Assembly: GCA_011109175.1 (NCBI GenBank)
Contig: RDEW01000002.1
Location: forward strand, 136,299-200,298
DNA: 64,000 nt
Direction: 5' to 3'
From: Dicyema japonicum
Lineage: Eukaryota > Animalia > Dicyemida
Below the pieces are notes generated by a model, which saw only the letters and a program-made list of their open reading frames with translations, had not been told where the DNA came from and ran no database searches. A program made the translations under genes and the position numbers. How positions within the stretch are numbered: position 1 is the first letter of the stretch; each line of letters starts with the position of its first letter. Below are positions 1 to 13,129 of this stretch, one piece after another.

Positions 1-424
1 GTATCTCCCATGTCATTTCGTGCATTTCTTTATTGCCGCTATTTTCTGACAAAATAGCGGAAATTTTCAATTCCATCAAGCAGATTGTAACCGGTAAATT
101 CATCGCGGTTAAATCAAGGGACCACGTGCCTGGGTTTCTAGATAGAAGAGGTCGAAATTTTGATTTTTATTATAGTTAAAATGCGATTTTTGAGACTAAT
201 TCGACAATAGGAGTCACATGATGAAAATGGGAGAGAGGACCTATTTCTCTACCTCTCTTTATAAGCGGAAGCCTCTCTTCAGTAGATGACGTAAGCCTCC
301 AATTCATTATTGAGGTTGCTTTTCTTGTCTTTTTAGCTGCCATCTGAAAATACACTATTGGCTAATTTTCAATGGTTTCTTTTAAAAAAATCATTATATG
401 TAATTGTGTTTTTTTTATTGAAAA

Positions 425-700
425 AGCATTTCCCCTGACGATTTGCAAGGAGATACGTTCAATGAGCCAGCTCTATTCGTTTTCTTCTTCGCGATGAGCA
501 AGCCGATCTTGTTTAGCAGGGTCAGTGACCTGCTTCCAATGATTCCTGTCGTTTCAACCGCCACTGGTTCGAATATGAATTGTCCTCCAAGACATTTGTA
601 TTTTTTATTTTAAGGTCTCAGCCTTCTCCGCAACAGAGCCTGGTCAGTTGCTGTAGTTGAAAGGTTGGAGGGAAAAAGGCTATCGACACATTTTAAAAAT
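425..700 (-). mobile_element. CRE-type (RLE) non-LTR retrotransposon 3' fragment
   Basis: Minus strand reads AEKAETLK*KKYKCLGGQFIFEPVAVETTGIIG...WLIERISLQIVRGNAFS, the RLE C-terminus of CRE-clade elements; contains stops and a frameshift. Confidence 0.75.
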
Positions 701-1399
701 GTAAATGCTATTATAAAATTAAATGTCAAGCCAGAGTACACACCAAGGGAGACATCATTTTTAAAAGTCAATGAGCACAATCATGCTGGTGGATCTTCTT
801 ATGTTAAATCTATGAGAATTACTCATGAGATAAAAAAGAGCTCTTGAATCACAAGAAAATCCGCATCTTATTACAACTGAAGTGTGTGTAGGTTTGCCAC
901 TGGAGGTTTCTGCCCGACTACCGGCAACTTCTTTTATTAAAAGGAACATTAGAATCTGAAACTATTTAGAAGCTCAAGCTCCTCCCAATCCACTTAACAG
1001 ACCAATCAAGAATACTCTTAGCATAGACTAGTTTGACCTTTAGTTTAATCGATAATACACAATTTTCTATCACTTTAACCAATACACACACCCACGAGGT
1101 GCATAACCTTGATTAGAACTTAACACTTGTGGAGAATTGAATTTTTCGATTTTTTTATCTTTGGGATTCGCACACGTGACTCATATCGTCGAATTAAACT
1201 CCAAAATCAAATTTTAACTACCAAAGGAAAATAAGCTCATGACCTTCATTCACAAACATGCAATAAACTCCACATCGTTTTCATCTGGAAACTAGGATAT
1301 TAAAATTATGACTTTCTGGGAAGCCACAAAAAGCATATGCTCGCAAAAGTGGGCAAGTCCTGGAATGTAATGTGGTTCGTAGAATGATCCTATAATTAA

Positions 1400-1946
1400 T
1401 GATAAGGTTACCAATGCCCACGGAACTTACTTCCATGGAAGAGAATGTTTACACACGTGTGAGTATTCAACAGTTGGAGGAGACATGGGAAATGATAATT
1501 GAGGCTTATCATGATAAAAGGACTAAGCTTTTGCGGGATTTGAGTGAACGGGAGAAGGATATTTAACTTATTATTATTGTAGACTCGCGGCTGAGATTTT
1601 CAACGATTTGTGTGATTAAATTGACACGTGGTTGGAGGAGAGTTCAAAGTGTGCAAAACTAATTTCGGAAATGGAGGATATTGATGAGCAGTTGTTGGCT
1701 GTGAGGGATTTTGTTAGCAAAGTAAACGGATTTGAGGACAAAATTGTGGAATCCGAGAATTCGCCGGAGTATGGGTTGTGTCACTTTCAGTGTACGAGTG
1801 AAAATGATAGGGGATATGACATCCAGAGGATGAGGATAGACTTTAATGGACTGAGGAATAGGATGGAGAAGCTGTACTGTCAAGTGGAGAACAATGTCAA
1901 GGCTAATGAGAAAAAAGAAGCAGTGACTGAGGAACAACGGAGTTAG
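1400..1946 (+). pseudogene. Spectrin-repeat-like (alpha-actinin/beta-spectrin-like) fragment, possibly disrupted
   Basis: SIQQLEETWEMIIEAYHDKRTKLLRDLSEREK / LAAEIFNDLCD*IDTWLEE resembles the first spectrin repeats; in-frame TAA at ~1618 and no usable GT donor near 1557. Confidence 0.35.
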
Positions 1947-3630
1947 TTTAATTTTCTTTGATTTGTGATTCTGTTGGTTTGTATCATATTTGTTTAATAT
2001 GATGTTAAACTAGTGAGTGCTATGTCGGATTGTTAGTAGGAATGGAGTATCAAAAACGAGAAGACGTTTCTTCCAATTTAGGGGTAACTTTAAGTCTACT
2101 CATTTGATTTATTAGTCTTGTAAGAATCTCTGCTCGTGTTATGGAAGGACTTCTGTGTGGTCTCAGAATGAACAAGATAGTATCGGCAGTCATGGGAATT
2201 AAAAATAAATTGTTAACCCTCCTTCATTAACACTTTGGAAGGTGGTGCCAAGGTCTCTCCTAAAAATTCTGCAAATTCATGTCACATCCTCAGAGATACC
2301 CCTGATCCGCTTATACTATTTGCACATCAGGTGGAGCTGGATGGGAATATTGAAGCATTTTTCTTATTCCAGGCTATCTTCGTTCGGACTTACACACAAG
2401 AGTTTCGTTTAACCGATGATCGAATGCGCTTGTGCGGTATTAATAGCCTCGCTCTCGCTTTCTCCGCAGAACATATTTTGATTAAGAACCGATGTCTCAG
2501 ATTCATTGTGATATCTTAAAGGGACAGATCACCTGACGGAGCATCAACTAGACTTCACTAAAATGATCGAGTTTCCGTACCATCCCCCTGGGACAGAAAT
2601 CAGTGGAATTCTATTCAAGATATAAGAAGTTCAGTTTTGGCAATCGATGGAACTTTTACAAAGAATGACTAATGGAATGAGGGAGAGAGTATAGTAGATG
2701 AACTGGATAAGAATCTCTGTAATCAGGAGTGGAAGAATAACGTTAATATGTTTTCCATAATAACTCAATTATACACGGATTAATTAAACTTTGTTAATTT
2801 TTAGATTTTTTTACTTATTTTTTCATAGATTTGATGGTCTCTGTTTTTTCCAACTAAAACATCTGTACCGAACCATGTCCAGATCTCAATTTCCCTTATT
2901 TCGGCGGTATCAAAGGTTTTTGAAAGAAACGAATTGAACCTAAATTTTCTGGCATTTTAACTTTCCGAATCATAACATGACTTTTGTCCCATCCACTTGA
3001 TAACTTCAAACCTCTTCACTTTGATGCAATTTTTTGTCGATAATTTAGAAAAATTCCTAATCCTCTGATGGCTCTAATTGACCTAACAAAAATATTTAAC
3101 CGCATTTCTCGTGTGATCCTTCCCAACAAAATTAAATCCTCCACTATTCTTCCCTTTTGGGAGCCCTGACAAACAACTTTTGGGAGACTTTCACCTATGT
3201 TACTTTGATGATTTAATATTTGAATTGAGGCTAAAATTATAAATATTCAATAATTTCAGATAATGCTAGAATCACATTAATCTTCTGCTTTTTGAAATAA
3301 CAAAGAAACCATCGGTCTCAAGGACAATCAGAGTGAGACTCGCACGTCTAGGTGCGGACATAATCCATCTATGTGTGGAAGAAATGTTCGAGATCTCTTT
3401 ACTTGTACTCAATGTGTGAAAGATCACTTTTGAAACCTGACATAGAGGTCCGTAGAGAATCTGGGGTCAACAATTTAATTATCATTTCACAAAGAGAGAT
3501 AGATCATATGACAACTTCAAGTAACCAATGGGGGATCGAATGTAAAATACTTGATTTTGTCTAACATAAGAAGATTACTATTTCTAATTAAAGGAATAAA
3601 AAAGTAACCCAAATTGCCCATAAATTAAAA

Positions 3631-4796
3631 TCAAAGTTCAGTGATACTAATCAGAGGTGGCCCTCTTCGTTTGCATCCAAGATAAAGAAGAATGCCAATA
3701 AAAGAAAGTATAACTATGGTGACAGTAACTGAAATTCCGATAACTCCAGATTGGCTTAAACCACTTTGAAATGTCTGGTAAAAACATCCATCATCTAAAT
3801 TTTAAATTAACCACTCTTACCTTCTCCATTCATTTTGTAGTCCTTATCATTTCTAAATAGTTGAATTTCAAACCCAGAAAATAGAACAGAAATATTATCA
3901 GTTAAAAAAATATGAGCAGAATGGCAACGAAAGTGATTTCTAACAGAGATAGATATCGTCTCATTAGGTTTCCAATAAAAATGCCTATGATTTTTTATAA
4001 TGCAAATTGAATCAATGGCATATTCATTTCCGTGTAAAATCGAAGTAATCATTAATTTAAAATCTTCCTCGATCAGAATTACACCAATTGCAGCGTCTCC
4101 AAATTTATTTCCTTGGATTATATTTCGTTCGGAAAGTTTATAAGATTTCGCCTAAAAATAAACTCTGTAATTTACGATATTATTGGTAGAAATTGTGACT
4201 TCGATATTTCCTTTTATTATTCCTAGCATTATTCCATCATCGGTAATGTAATACCAACGAAAACTCTTTGGATCAGCAGTTTGATCGCAGTCGTTGGCTT
4301 GATTACAGCATATTCAAACCATTTGAACTAAAATATTGAAGACTTCTTCCATCATGAAAAAACTGAATCTTGGCTGAAAGGTATACAAGAGAATATCCAT
4401 TTTCAAAATCGATCTTAATATTCGCACATCTGTAAAATTCCCCATTTTTGGTTTCCGCGAGGTTTACTGTTCCCTCATATTCTTGACCATCTTTAAAGTG
4501 AACGAAACAAAATTACCGACAGTAAAAAAAATATTCATTATTACTTCATATGACCCTTCCAGGAGAAAAACATCAAACTTATAAGTAAATGTTTGATTTA
4601 TTATGCTTGGATCGTAGAAAGAACGATATTTATTCGCTGGCATTGAAAGTTTCATGGTAACTAAACGCTCTGCTGTTTATTATTATAAAGTACTAGTTAA
4701 AGTTGTTGATAACTTAGAGAATAATGGCATTCCCTGAAATATTACCTTACCAGGCGATTTGATATTTGAAGACAATAACAAAATTAAAGGTATCAT
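3631..4796 (-). CDS. LAMP-family type I membrane glycoprotein (multi-exon)
   Basis: Signal-like MIPLILLL start; FRCHSAHIFLTDNISVLFSGFEIQLF...DDGC resembles the end of a LAMP luminal domain; then a TM helix (GVIGISVTVTIVILSFIGILLYLG) and short tail CKRRGPPLISITEL*. 5' exon structure uncertain. Confidence 0.5.
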
Positions 4797-5649
4797 AAAG
4801 TGTGCCAACTAGAACAAGTCAATATTTATAATATTAGGTTAATGTTTAAGAAATTGATAATTTTATTTTTAATTTATTAAATTTATAGAAAATCATATTT
4901 TTATCTTTTTTTAAATGATGTATAAAGATATATTTTCTTCAATAATATGGATCTTCCTACCTTTCTCCCTGACCAAATTCTCTGATAAAGAAGGCATTAT
5001 GAAAACTATTCCGCTAAAGAATGAAGTGATATCCGGGATGGTAGGACGTGGGACAAAAATTGAAGAGCGCGGACCTACTTCCCCACCTTTCTTCGGAAGC
5101 GGAAGCCTGTAATGAAGTATTGGAAGATGGATTTGGTCGGCACAACCAGATGTTCTCCCTTTGGTTCCTTCCTTGGATTAGTTAGTTATAACTGTTTGTG
5201 CTGGGCTTGCAATGGTAAGTCTGGGGTTAATAATAACAAGTTTTGAATACTCTCATTTCTGAATGTGATGTCATTTTCGACTAATTCGACCTTGAGTGAC
5301 TCATCGAGTCTTCATGTTTTGCAGTGGCGTCTCATTGACTCCAAAATACCGACTTTTCTAAACATATGAAACTGAAAAGATATTCAGTCATTAATGATCG
5401 TTCTCACTTCGTCCCAATCCCCGATCGTGAACCATGAATTAGTCACAAAGCATATCTTTGTTAATGTGAAAGTCGACACGTGTTTGATCATATTTTACTT
5501 GAGTAAACTTTATTTTTTATTAATTTCTCATTCAAAATAAAAATATGTCATCAAAAATTTAATTTATTTTAAGGTCAGAACAAATTTATTTTGTATGGAA
5601 AACAACTAAAGTCGTAGCTGAGGTGAATCAGAATCCTCTCTTCCAAGGG

Positions 5650-6480
5650 ACATCCGGGTTAACCTGGCGCGTCTATGATGTGGGCACCACCCCTCTCTAT
5701 CGACGTGCGTATGTAAACTGGATGATGTAAAAGACGTCATCTGTTCCTTTTGCAACCTCTATGAATTGATCACCCTTTGAATGTCCTTTATTAGTACGAT
5801 GTTCATCTAATATGGGAGTGACCGACATTTGTTGCGTCTTACTCAATAGCCACTGGTTTCTTACAAGTTATTGAGACCGAGATTCCTTAACTAACTAAGC
5901 TATGAGTCCAGGATTGATTAAGCGTTCCCTTTTATCGCCGGCATTTCGGGATTCTGTCTCAACCAAAGTCCATTGCGGGGTTCGCATATCTTCGAAGCGA
6001 TCTTCGTCCGATATTGGAAAGAAAGGGGTCTATCATCTCTCTCATGACTCCTGAAGTCTCCATCGCGATAGGAACGTAATGGTAGTTTTCCTTGAGTGAT
6101 TTTCTGCCACGTCTCTAGGTGATTGTCACCATTAGTGATCTATCCCAAGAAAAGGTGTCCCCACATATGATGCCCCAAACGAATTATTCATTTTCGAATC
6201 TTCATGAGTACGCTTAATTTTTTTCTAAGTTGCCAAAGTAAGACTCTGAAATTGAATTTTGTCGTAGTTTCTACCGACCACTTTGCCAAGTGGTTAAGGT
6301 AGCGATGTACCTCTATCACATTTAGCATCAACTTAGCTTCATGATGGATGAAAGCCTTTGTTTTTTTTGTGAGTATGAATGAGGTGATGGACTCAGGAGA
6401 CATTGGAAACCGAAGTTCTAAACAAAGGAGACGTCAGGCGCACAAAGGATCCTGGTGCTAATGTCGTCCAGCCCAAATGG
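5650..6480 (-). mobile_element. Highly degraded non-LTR RT remnant
   Basis: Weak LDDI, YVGTPF (YLG-like) and ERGGAHIID (GGLG-like) motifs in RT order, with many stops. Confidence 0.25.
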
Positions 6481-8179
6481 CTTTAATTTTAGGGGAAGAA
6501 AATTCAAGCCATAGAGTCCACATTAAGTTATGATCACTTTTTTCTCGGTGTTTTTTTATCATAGACAAGATCGACTGCTAGTAATCACCGTGATCTACTG
6601 ACAGCGGTAAACTTCAAGCATATTGGTTTTAATCGATGCAGATGCGTGTTCACTGAATTCCCTTATCGCTCTTCGTGATGAAGCGCAGCGGTGACCTTTT
6701 CCTTGTTATGACCGAATACAACACAGCAAGGCTGTAAATCGCTGCAAAAAAAAGCTCAGAGAAACAGAAGATGATGTCATGACAGGCTGTTTAGATGTGT
6801 GGGTGAAGAAGTAACAGATGGCAAACGATCAATCGGATTCTGACAATTTTGACCCGTGGTTATCATCCAAGAGGGCATCAGAAATCCAATGAACTCTACA
6901 CTAATCCAAATTCGTTACAAAAATTGATTCCAGTTTACGCTGATGATTTTAATTCTAATGCTGTCATTTTTAACAATAAAGCTGAAGGAAACAACAACGT
7001 TGGATTTTTTTGAATTATTTCGTGACCACGACTTTGGGCGTATAAGGAAACCGATTTACACATATTTGTTTAGTTCATCAAGGACCAGATAATTTCCAAC
7101 ACCAGGACGGTCCTTCTACTGAAAAAGAAGGAAAATTACTTTTAAGCATTGGTTTGAAACTTTGTCAAGCATTGGCGAGCGTTAGCAGAAAAAATATTCA
7201 CTTTGCAAACAAGTTGCCTTTTGCTTTGTTTTTTATTTTCAAGATGCAAATCAAGTTTTGTAACGAAGATGTATTTAGTTGCAGGAGAAAAAATTTTTTA
7301 TAATTAATGAACATGAAAAAGTTCTGATCACAGAAATGCAATGCGTGAATATTTTGATTTTACAGCAAGACTTGAATGATTAAAGAAATGGCGACTTATT
7401 TTTGAAAAAACTGTCGATGTTGTTTTTCTCTTTCCAGACAGAATATCGATTTTCAAGTTATAGAGACGAAGGAATTTCAAAGTTGGTGAACGATGATGCT
7501 TATGAAGCCAATTTTAACTTTTGGCGATAAGAAGCTGTGGTACAGACTTTAGTTGACAGAAAAGAGCGATGGACATGGAAGTGAGTGACTTTTTGTTTAC
7601 TGTTTAAACAAAATTGAATAATGATACACCTCACTCTTACTTGATTTTCTCGTGTATGACAACATCTATAATTCATTTAGTCACGATTGAGTTAGTCATA
7701 AGAGGCATCATTATCATACACTCCCTCCGGACAGTTGAAAGCTTTGGCACGTCCCTGCCAGCGGCTGATTGTTTCTTTATTTTATCGCAATCTCGATAAT
7801 TGGAATTATTTATTTTACGCTGATAATATCACACTGCAATTAATGATCGCTAAGAATCCTCGTGATGTCACAAGACGGATTATCCTAGTCTTAGTTCTTT
7901 AGACTTCAATCACCTTTAATGATTCGAACTGACTTTTAAAAAAACATAAAATTATTAGAATCAAAAAATTTGTTTAATTATGCTTGGAGAATCAGTCACG
8001 TTTTCTTAAGAACCAATAGATCACCGATAAAGAAAAACAGAAAGAACGTCAGACAATTAGGTATCCGAGTTCCTGTAATCGGCCGAGCCACCCAACGTAT
8101 GCGGTCTCTCATTTTCTCACTATCGTACAAAAGAGCCTTCTCTCATCCTTGCAGAGAAATCCAATTGGGTATTTGTTCT

Positions 8180-8512
8180 ATTATTATTATCCACGGATAC
8201 ACCGAGAAAAAAGTTAACAGTAAACAACTAGTTAAGTGTATCCAGTTTCCATTGATACAGAAACAGTCCTTCAACGACACATAAGTTTATCTGGAACCAG
8301 CATAAAAAATAAAAGACCTCCATTCCTTGCAGTTGTGGACACCCCACCAATAGAAAGGGGGAGAGCAAATGATTATTTTTCGTGCCAGCCTGGCACTGGG
8401 AGTCACCTAAGACAGGTGGATCACATAACGCCAATCTAGTAGGAAAGGGAAGGGGTGGAACAGACAAATTAAACATAAATCTTCAACCAACTAGCCACAT
8501 ACCACCACTAGG
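8180..8512 (-). mobile_element. ~330-bp non-autonomous retroelement (RIME-like), copy A
   Basis: Aligns with 15645-15985, 18405-18635 and 47250-47540; 3' GGATACAC..GTGTATCC stem and (TAA)n tail. Confidence 0.8.
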
Positions 8513-8534
8513 TCGAATGAAGTTTGTAATACAA

Positions 8535-9290
8535 TTATTATTATTATTTAAGCCAAAGAAACACCGTCTTAACCAATAACTAATATTCAGGTGATCCCGG
8601 CATCTCTCAATAATCGGGCCATTTTTTCTCGATGCTCCGACTGTGATCCCACGCATTTTCTATACGGACGGGGGTCTTTTTCCTTTCCTCTTCTGAAATT
8701 GCCTCCAGTTGACTCTATGATAGACTCGAGTGCTCTGGGGCAATTTCTTTATCTGTATATTTTTCTAGTAACTTTTTTGCTCTTGACTGGATATCTTGAA
8801 TTTTTGTTAGGTTCGTTGCCGACAGGTTAGATCCCCATGCAGCACATGCATAGCCTATTGTTGGCTCGACATACTGCTTCTAGAAAGTCCCGATACTTGG
8901 CGGATAAATTCCTCCACAGTTCCAAAGGAAGGCCTTTACAAAATTGATCTTCTTTGCACAGGTTGATATGATAGACTCCACATGGGCTGAGAAGCAGAGG
9001 AAAGTATCAAAAGTTACTCCCAGTATCTTCTGCGATTTCTTTTGTGGTATAGGTACTCTATTTAACGTGACATCAATTGTTTGCGTTCCCATCTTTCTAT
9101 TCTTAGTAAATAGAGTGACTGCTGACTTTTCGGAACATGCATTTAATCGATTCTCGCACAACCATCCAAATATGTTATTTAGTATTCCTTGTAGTCTTTC
9201 TTTAGCATGTTCGACGTTTACGTCTCTAGATGCGACAACTATGTCATCGGCATAGGAAAGTAGCATGTCATTATTATTCATTTAAAAGAA
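8535..9290 (-). mobile_element. Ingi/Vingi-like (I-group) LINE, RT to 3' end, 5'-truncated
   Basis: LLSYADDIVV...NRLNACSEKSAVTLFT...KILGVTFD; ORF ends DAGIT* followed by a stem-loop and (TAA)n tail. Confidence 0.8.
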
Positions 9291-9398
9291 CTAGCGCACG
9301 CTAAATTATTTTAAGTTATTAAATTAGATTATTTTAAAATTAATTTAAAAAACAATAAATATTTTTGAAATTAAGCGGTGATAATCGTTTATTATTTA

Positions 9399-12059
9399 AT
9401 GCTCAATCATTCGAAAGCTATTTTGCAATTTCGTTGTTGCGCGAGACCAAACTTATTTAGTTCTAGTATGATGAGACCTTCACCCTCAGTATTCGTCAGA
9501 ACTTCTCACGACGGATCCATCAAGCATGCAGAACATGAGATTTATTATCCCTCAAAATACGTGATGGACAAGAGCTACTTGACTTCAATGGAGGAATACA
9601 GGCAAATGTACGAAGAATCCGTAGCAGAACCGGCCAAATTCTGGTCAAAAATAGCCGACCAATTTTATTGGAACACATTCTATCCCAATAGCAAGGCTGA
9701 ATGGAATTTCGACGCCCAAAACGGCCCTATTTTAATAAGCTGGTTCAAAGGAGCCCAGACAAACATGACCTATAACTGCCTGGACAGGCACATTCTAAAA
9801 GGAAACGGTGATAAAACAGTATTTTACTGGTTTATAATAAAATTTGACTTAAGGGAAGGGAATGACCCCAAAGACTCCTCCAAGCTCTCGTATAGTGAGT
9901 TGCACACACGTGTTTGCAAGATGGCCAACGTTCTGAAATCAATGGGTGCGGTATTTTTGATTTTTCTGCGGTTTAACCGCATTTTTGAATGACTCAAACT
10001 TTTAGGGTTAAAGAAAGGAGATGTCGTTTCGCTCTACATGCCCATGATCCCAGAACTGATAGTGGCCATGTTGGCGTGTGCTAGAATTGGCGTTGTACAC
10101 TCAATAATTGTAAGTTTTACTGCTTTACTGTTAGTTTGCTGGGTTTTCGGCTAACTCCCTCTGCGTCAGATTTTTAAGTGCAAAACCAAAATTGGTTATA
10201 ATCGCAGGTTCGTCACACTATCGATAATTTATATATTTTATTGTTTAAACAAATTATAAATTAGTTAAAAGTTAATTTTCTATTATTTTTTAAATTTTCT
10301 AAATTATTTTCTCTAATAATTAATTATTTATTTTTATTATTACAAAATTAATTAATATTTTCTTAGACGGTTTTTGGCGGGGAAATAAAGTAATAAACTT
10401 AAAAAGCATATTAGACGAGGCTCTCCAGCTTTATAGTGAAAAGTTCCCTTTGAAGTGTTATTTTAGGGGATTTTCCGTTGATAAAGTCATTATCAAAGAA
10501 CATTTACAATCATCTGAGTCACGTGGTTCTAACTCTACTGTTTGTGGAATTTGTAATCCAGTACAAAATTAATCCGGGAACTGATGTCTTCTGGGAGGAT
10601 GCAATGTCCCAAGCTAACTCTGCATGTGACCCCGTTTGGCTTGATGCAGAAGATCCCCTCTTTATGCTACATACAAGGTACTCCACACATAAAGTGATCA
10701 TTAGTGGATCCACCGGCGTTCCTAAGGCGATTCTTCACACAATCGGTGGTTATATGCTGTATGTGGCCACTACGTTCAAATATGTCTTCGACTACCACCC
10801 AGATGATATTTACTGGTGCACTGCTGACCTTGGATGGGTTACAGGACACAGTTACATCTGTTATGGTCCTCTTCTTAACTGTGCTTCTCTGTTTTGGTGG
10901 ACTTTGTGATGATGTCATAGTTTGAGGGAGTGATGACGTACCCTGATCCCAGTAGGTTCTGGAAGATCTGCGACAAGTATAACGTGAATCAGTTCTACAC
11001 AGCTCCCACAGCCATTAGGTCCCTGATGGCCTACGGGGATGATTATGTTTTGAAGTAATTGACTATCTTATTGCCAGTAGTAGCACACGTGAGTCCCTCA
11101 GAGTGATCGGCACTGTTGGAGAGCCCATTAACCCAGACGTGTGGGAGTGGTATCATAAAACAGTGGGGAATTCACGCTGTGCTATTGTGGACACTTACTG
11201 GCAGACGGAAACTGTATTTTGGCAGACTGAACCTTAGGGGGGACACATTTTGACTCCTCTCCCCTGTTTCAACACAAAACCCGGCTCAGCTGTAACCCAC
11301 GTGTCAATATTGTAGACCTTACCATTTTTTGGTGTCGTCCCCGCTATTCTTAACGATGAAGGACAAGAATTGGAGGGAAAGGCCGACGGATATTTGGTAG
11401 AGTGATTCATTTGATCTTTAGGCCATAAAACAACCCTGGCCCGGAATGATGAGGAATATATTCGGGAACTATGAGCGATTCAAGAGTACCTATTTTGACC
11501 GGTTTCCTGGCTATTATATCACTGGGGACGGTTTGACACCATCAATAACGTCATAGGAGCTCATAGAGACGATGACGGATATTACTGGATAACAGGACGG
11601 ATAGACGATATGTTGAATGTCTCTGGGCATCTTCTAAGCACTGCAGAGATAGAGGCTGTCCTTGTGCAGCATTCCAGTGTCGTCGAAGCAGCAGCTGTGA
11701 CTGCCCCACACGACATAAAAGGGGAGTGTGTCTACTGTTTTGTTACTCTCCACCAGGTGACTTTTTAAGAGACCTTTAGAATGAAGAATTGACACCAGAG
11801 TTGGTCCAGGAGATCAAAGCGGAAGGTTGTGGGTGTTGATATGCTAGTTCGTAGTACTATTGGGCCTTTTGCTTGCCCTGAGTATGTTCAGATGGCTAAG
11901 TCGATGCCAAAGACCCGCTCTGGGAAGATTATTAGACGGGCTTTGAGGCAGATTGCTAAAGGAGCCACTGACTTTGGTGATTTGTCTTCACTTGCCGACT
12001 TTTCGGTTATTACTGATTTGCAAAATGGACGTGAAGAGCTTTTAAAGAGGATGAGATAA
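9399..12059 (+). CDS. ACSS2: Acetyl-CoA synthetase (ACSS2-like), about 14 exons
   Basis: Spliced motifs [61 protein letters not shown]; mostly 22-27 nt GT-AG introns restore the frame. Confidence 0.95.
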
Positions 12060-12169
12060 TTTGTTTAATTATTTACTAATTTTTATTTAATTTGGTTCAA
12101 ATTCTGGTTTTACGATTTAATTAATATTTATATAAAACATTTAAGGAACCGAACCTTTTAGGTAATCCC

Positions 12170-12480
12170 AGTTTTGTTAAAAGACGTCCACTTCGGTGCT
12201 ACGAAGAACACTAAACGTCCCCAATCGTGGAATACCTTACGGAACGTCACCGGGACTTTCTCAATATGGCAAAGTCCCCTGACCATTTCCTCTGGCCGCA
12301 CTATATTAAACTATATATGGACGCCTGCCCGAGATATGAGAAGAAACCTTCCTCGCTGTGGAGATTAATCCAGGACTCCAAATTTAACCGCAGGAAAAGA
12401 ACTGGTGTGGACACCGGGATCACTTAATTAAACGATAACTTTTATCCTCTTCTAGTGATTTCATGGTTAATAAATTAAAT
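12170..12480 (+). mobile_element. Ingi/Vingi-like LINE 3' end
   Basis: Roughly 85% match to 35520-35660 (minus); ends ACPRYEKKPSSLWRLIQD...VDTGIT*, then a GGATCAC..GTGATTT stem and AATAAA tail. Confidence 0.7.
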
Positions 12481-12569
12481 CCCAGTTTTCATTATCCCTT
12501 TGCAATTTTCGTTGTGCTCATTGAGTGACCCCACTTCTTATTAGAAGTTTTTTCGCTTGCGTCCGAATA

Positions 12570-12800
12570 GGAATAAGTTCGTATTACCCTCTTTCTCGGT
12601 GTTTTCTGGGGTTATGTAAATAAATAAATTTAAAAAACATGTAACCTGCCTGTCTAATGAAGAGTCTCCTCTCTACTCCACTGGAGGGGTTCCAAAAATG
12701 GCGAATATATATGGACGCGTTTCACTCAGAGCATGAGAACTGGATATACCTTAATTATACGTCAATTAACTCAGCCTTTTTTCTGTGCCTGTTTAGCCGA
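12570..12800 (+). mobile_element. Degenerate pieces of the ~330-bp element
   Basis: Contains ctccactggaggggttcc and aactggatatacctta, plus a preceding 3'-end piece (ttctcggtg...aataaataaa). Confidence 0.5.
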
Positions 12801-13129
12801 TGGAAACGTCGAAACATTGGTGTCGAAAGTATGCTGACCTCCCCAATTGTGTGACGTTTATTCCCTTTTCAGTGGAAACCTCCAGAGCCTTCATATATTC
12901 TTCTTCGCTATCCTCAAAAAACTTGGAAATCTAATCTCAGCCTCTCGGTGTACTCCTGACTATTCGAGCGTATCTAACTTGCAGTCTAGATGGGGGAATA
13001 ACCTTGAAATTAACTGAACTGTAGAACAAAATAAATGGAAAGTCTCTACTTCCCATGGTGCATAAAACCTGTGTTACTGTAAGAACCCGATAGTTAATTA
13101 TCAGGGCCGGACAAGATCCGAACTCGGAT

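Noticed and set aside
4915-5220. First exons of an SVOP/SLC22-like transporter (DGFGRH.., CAGLAM|gtaagt)
   Set aside because: No splice combination keeps both motifs in frame, and no downstream exons were found.
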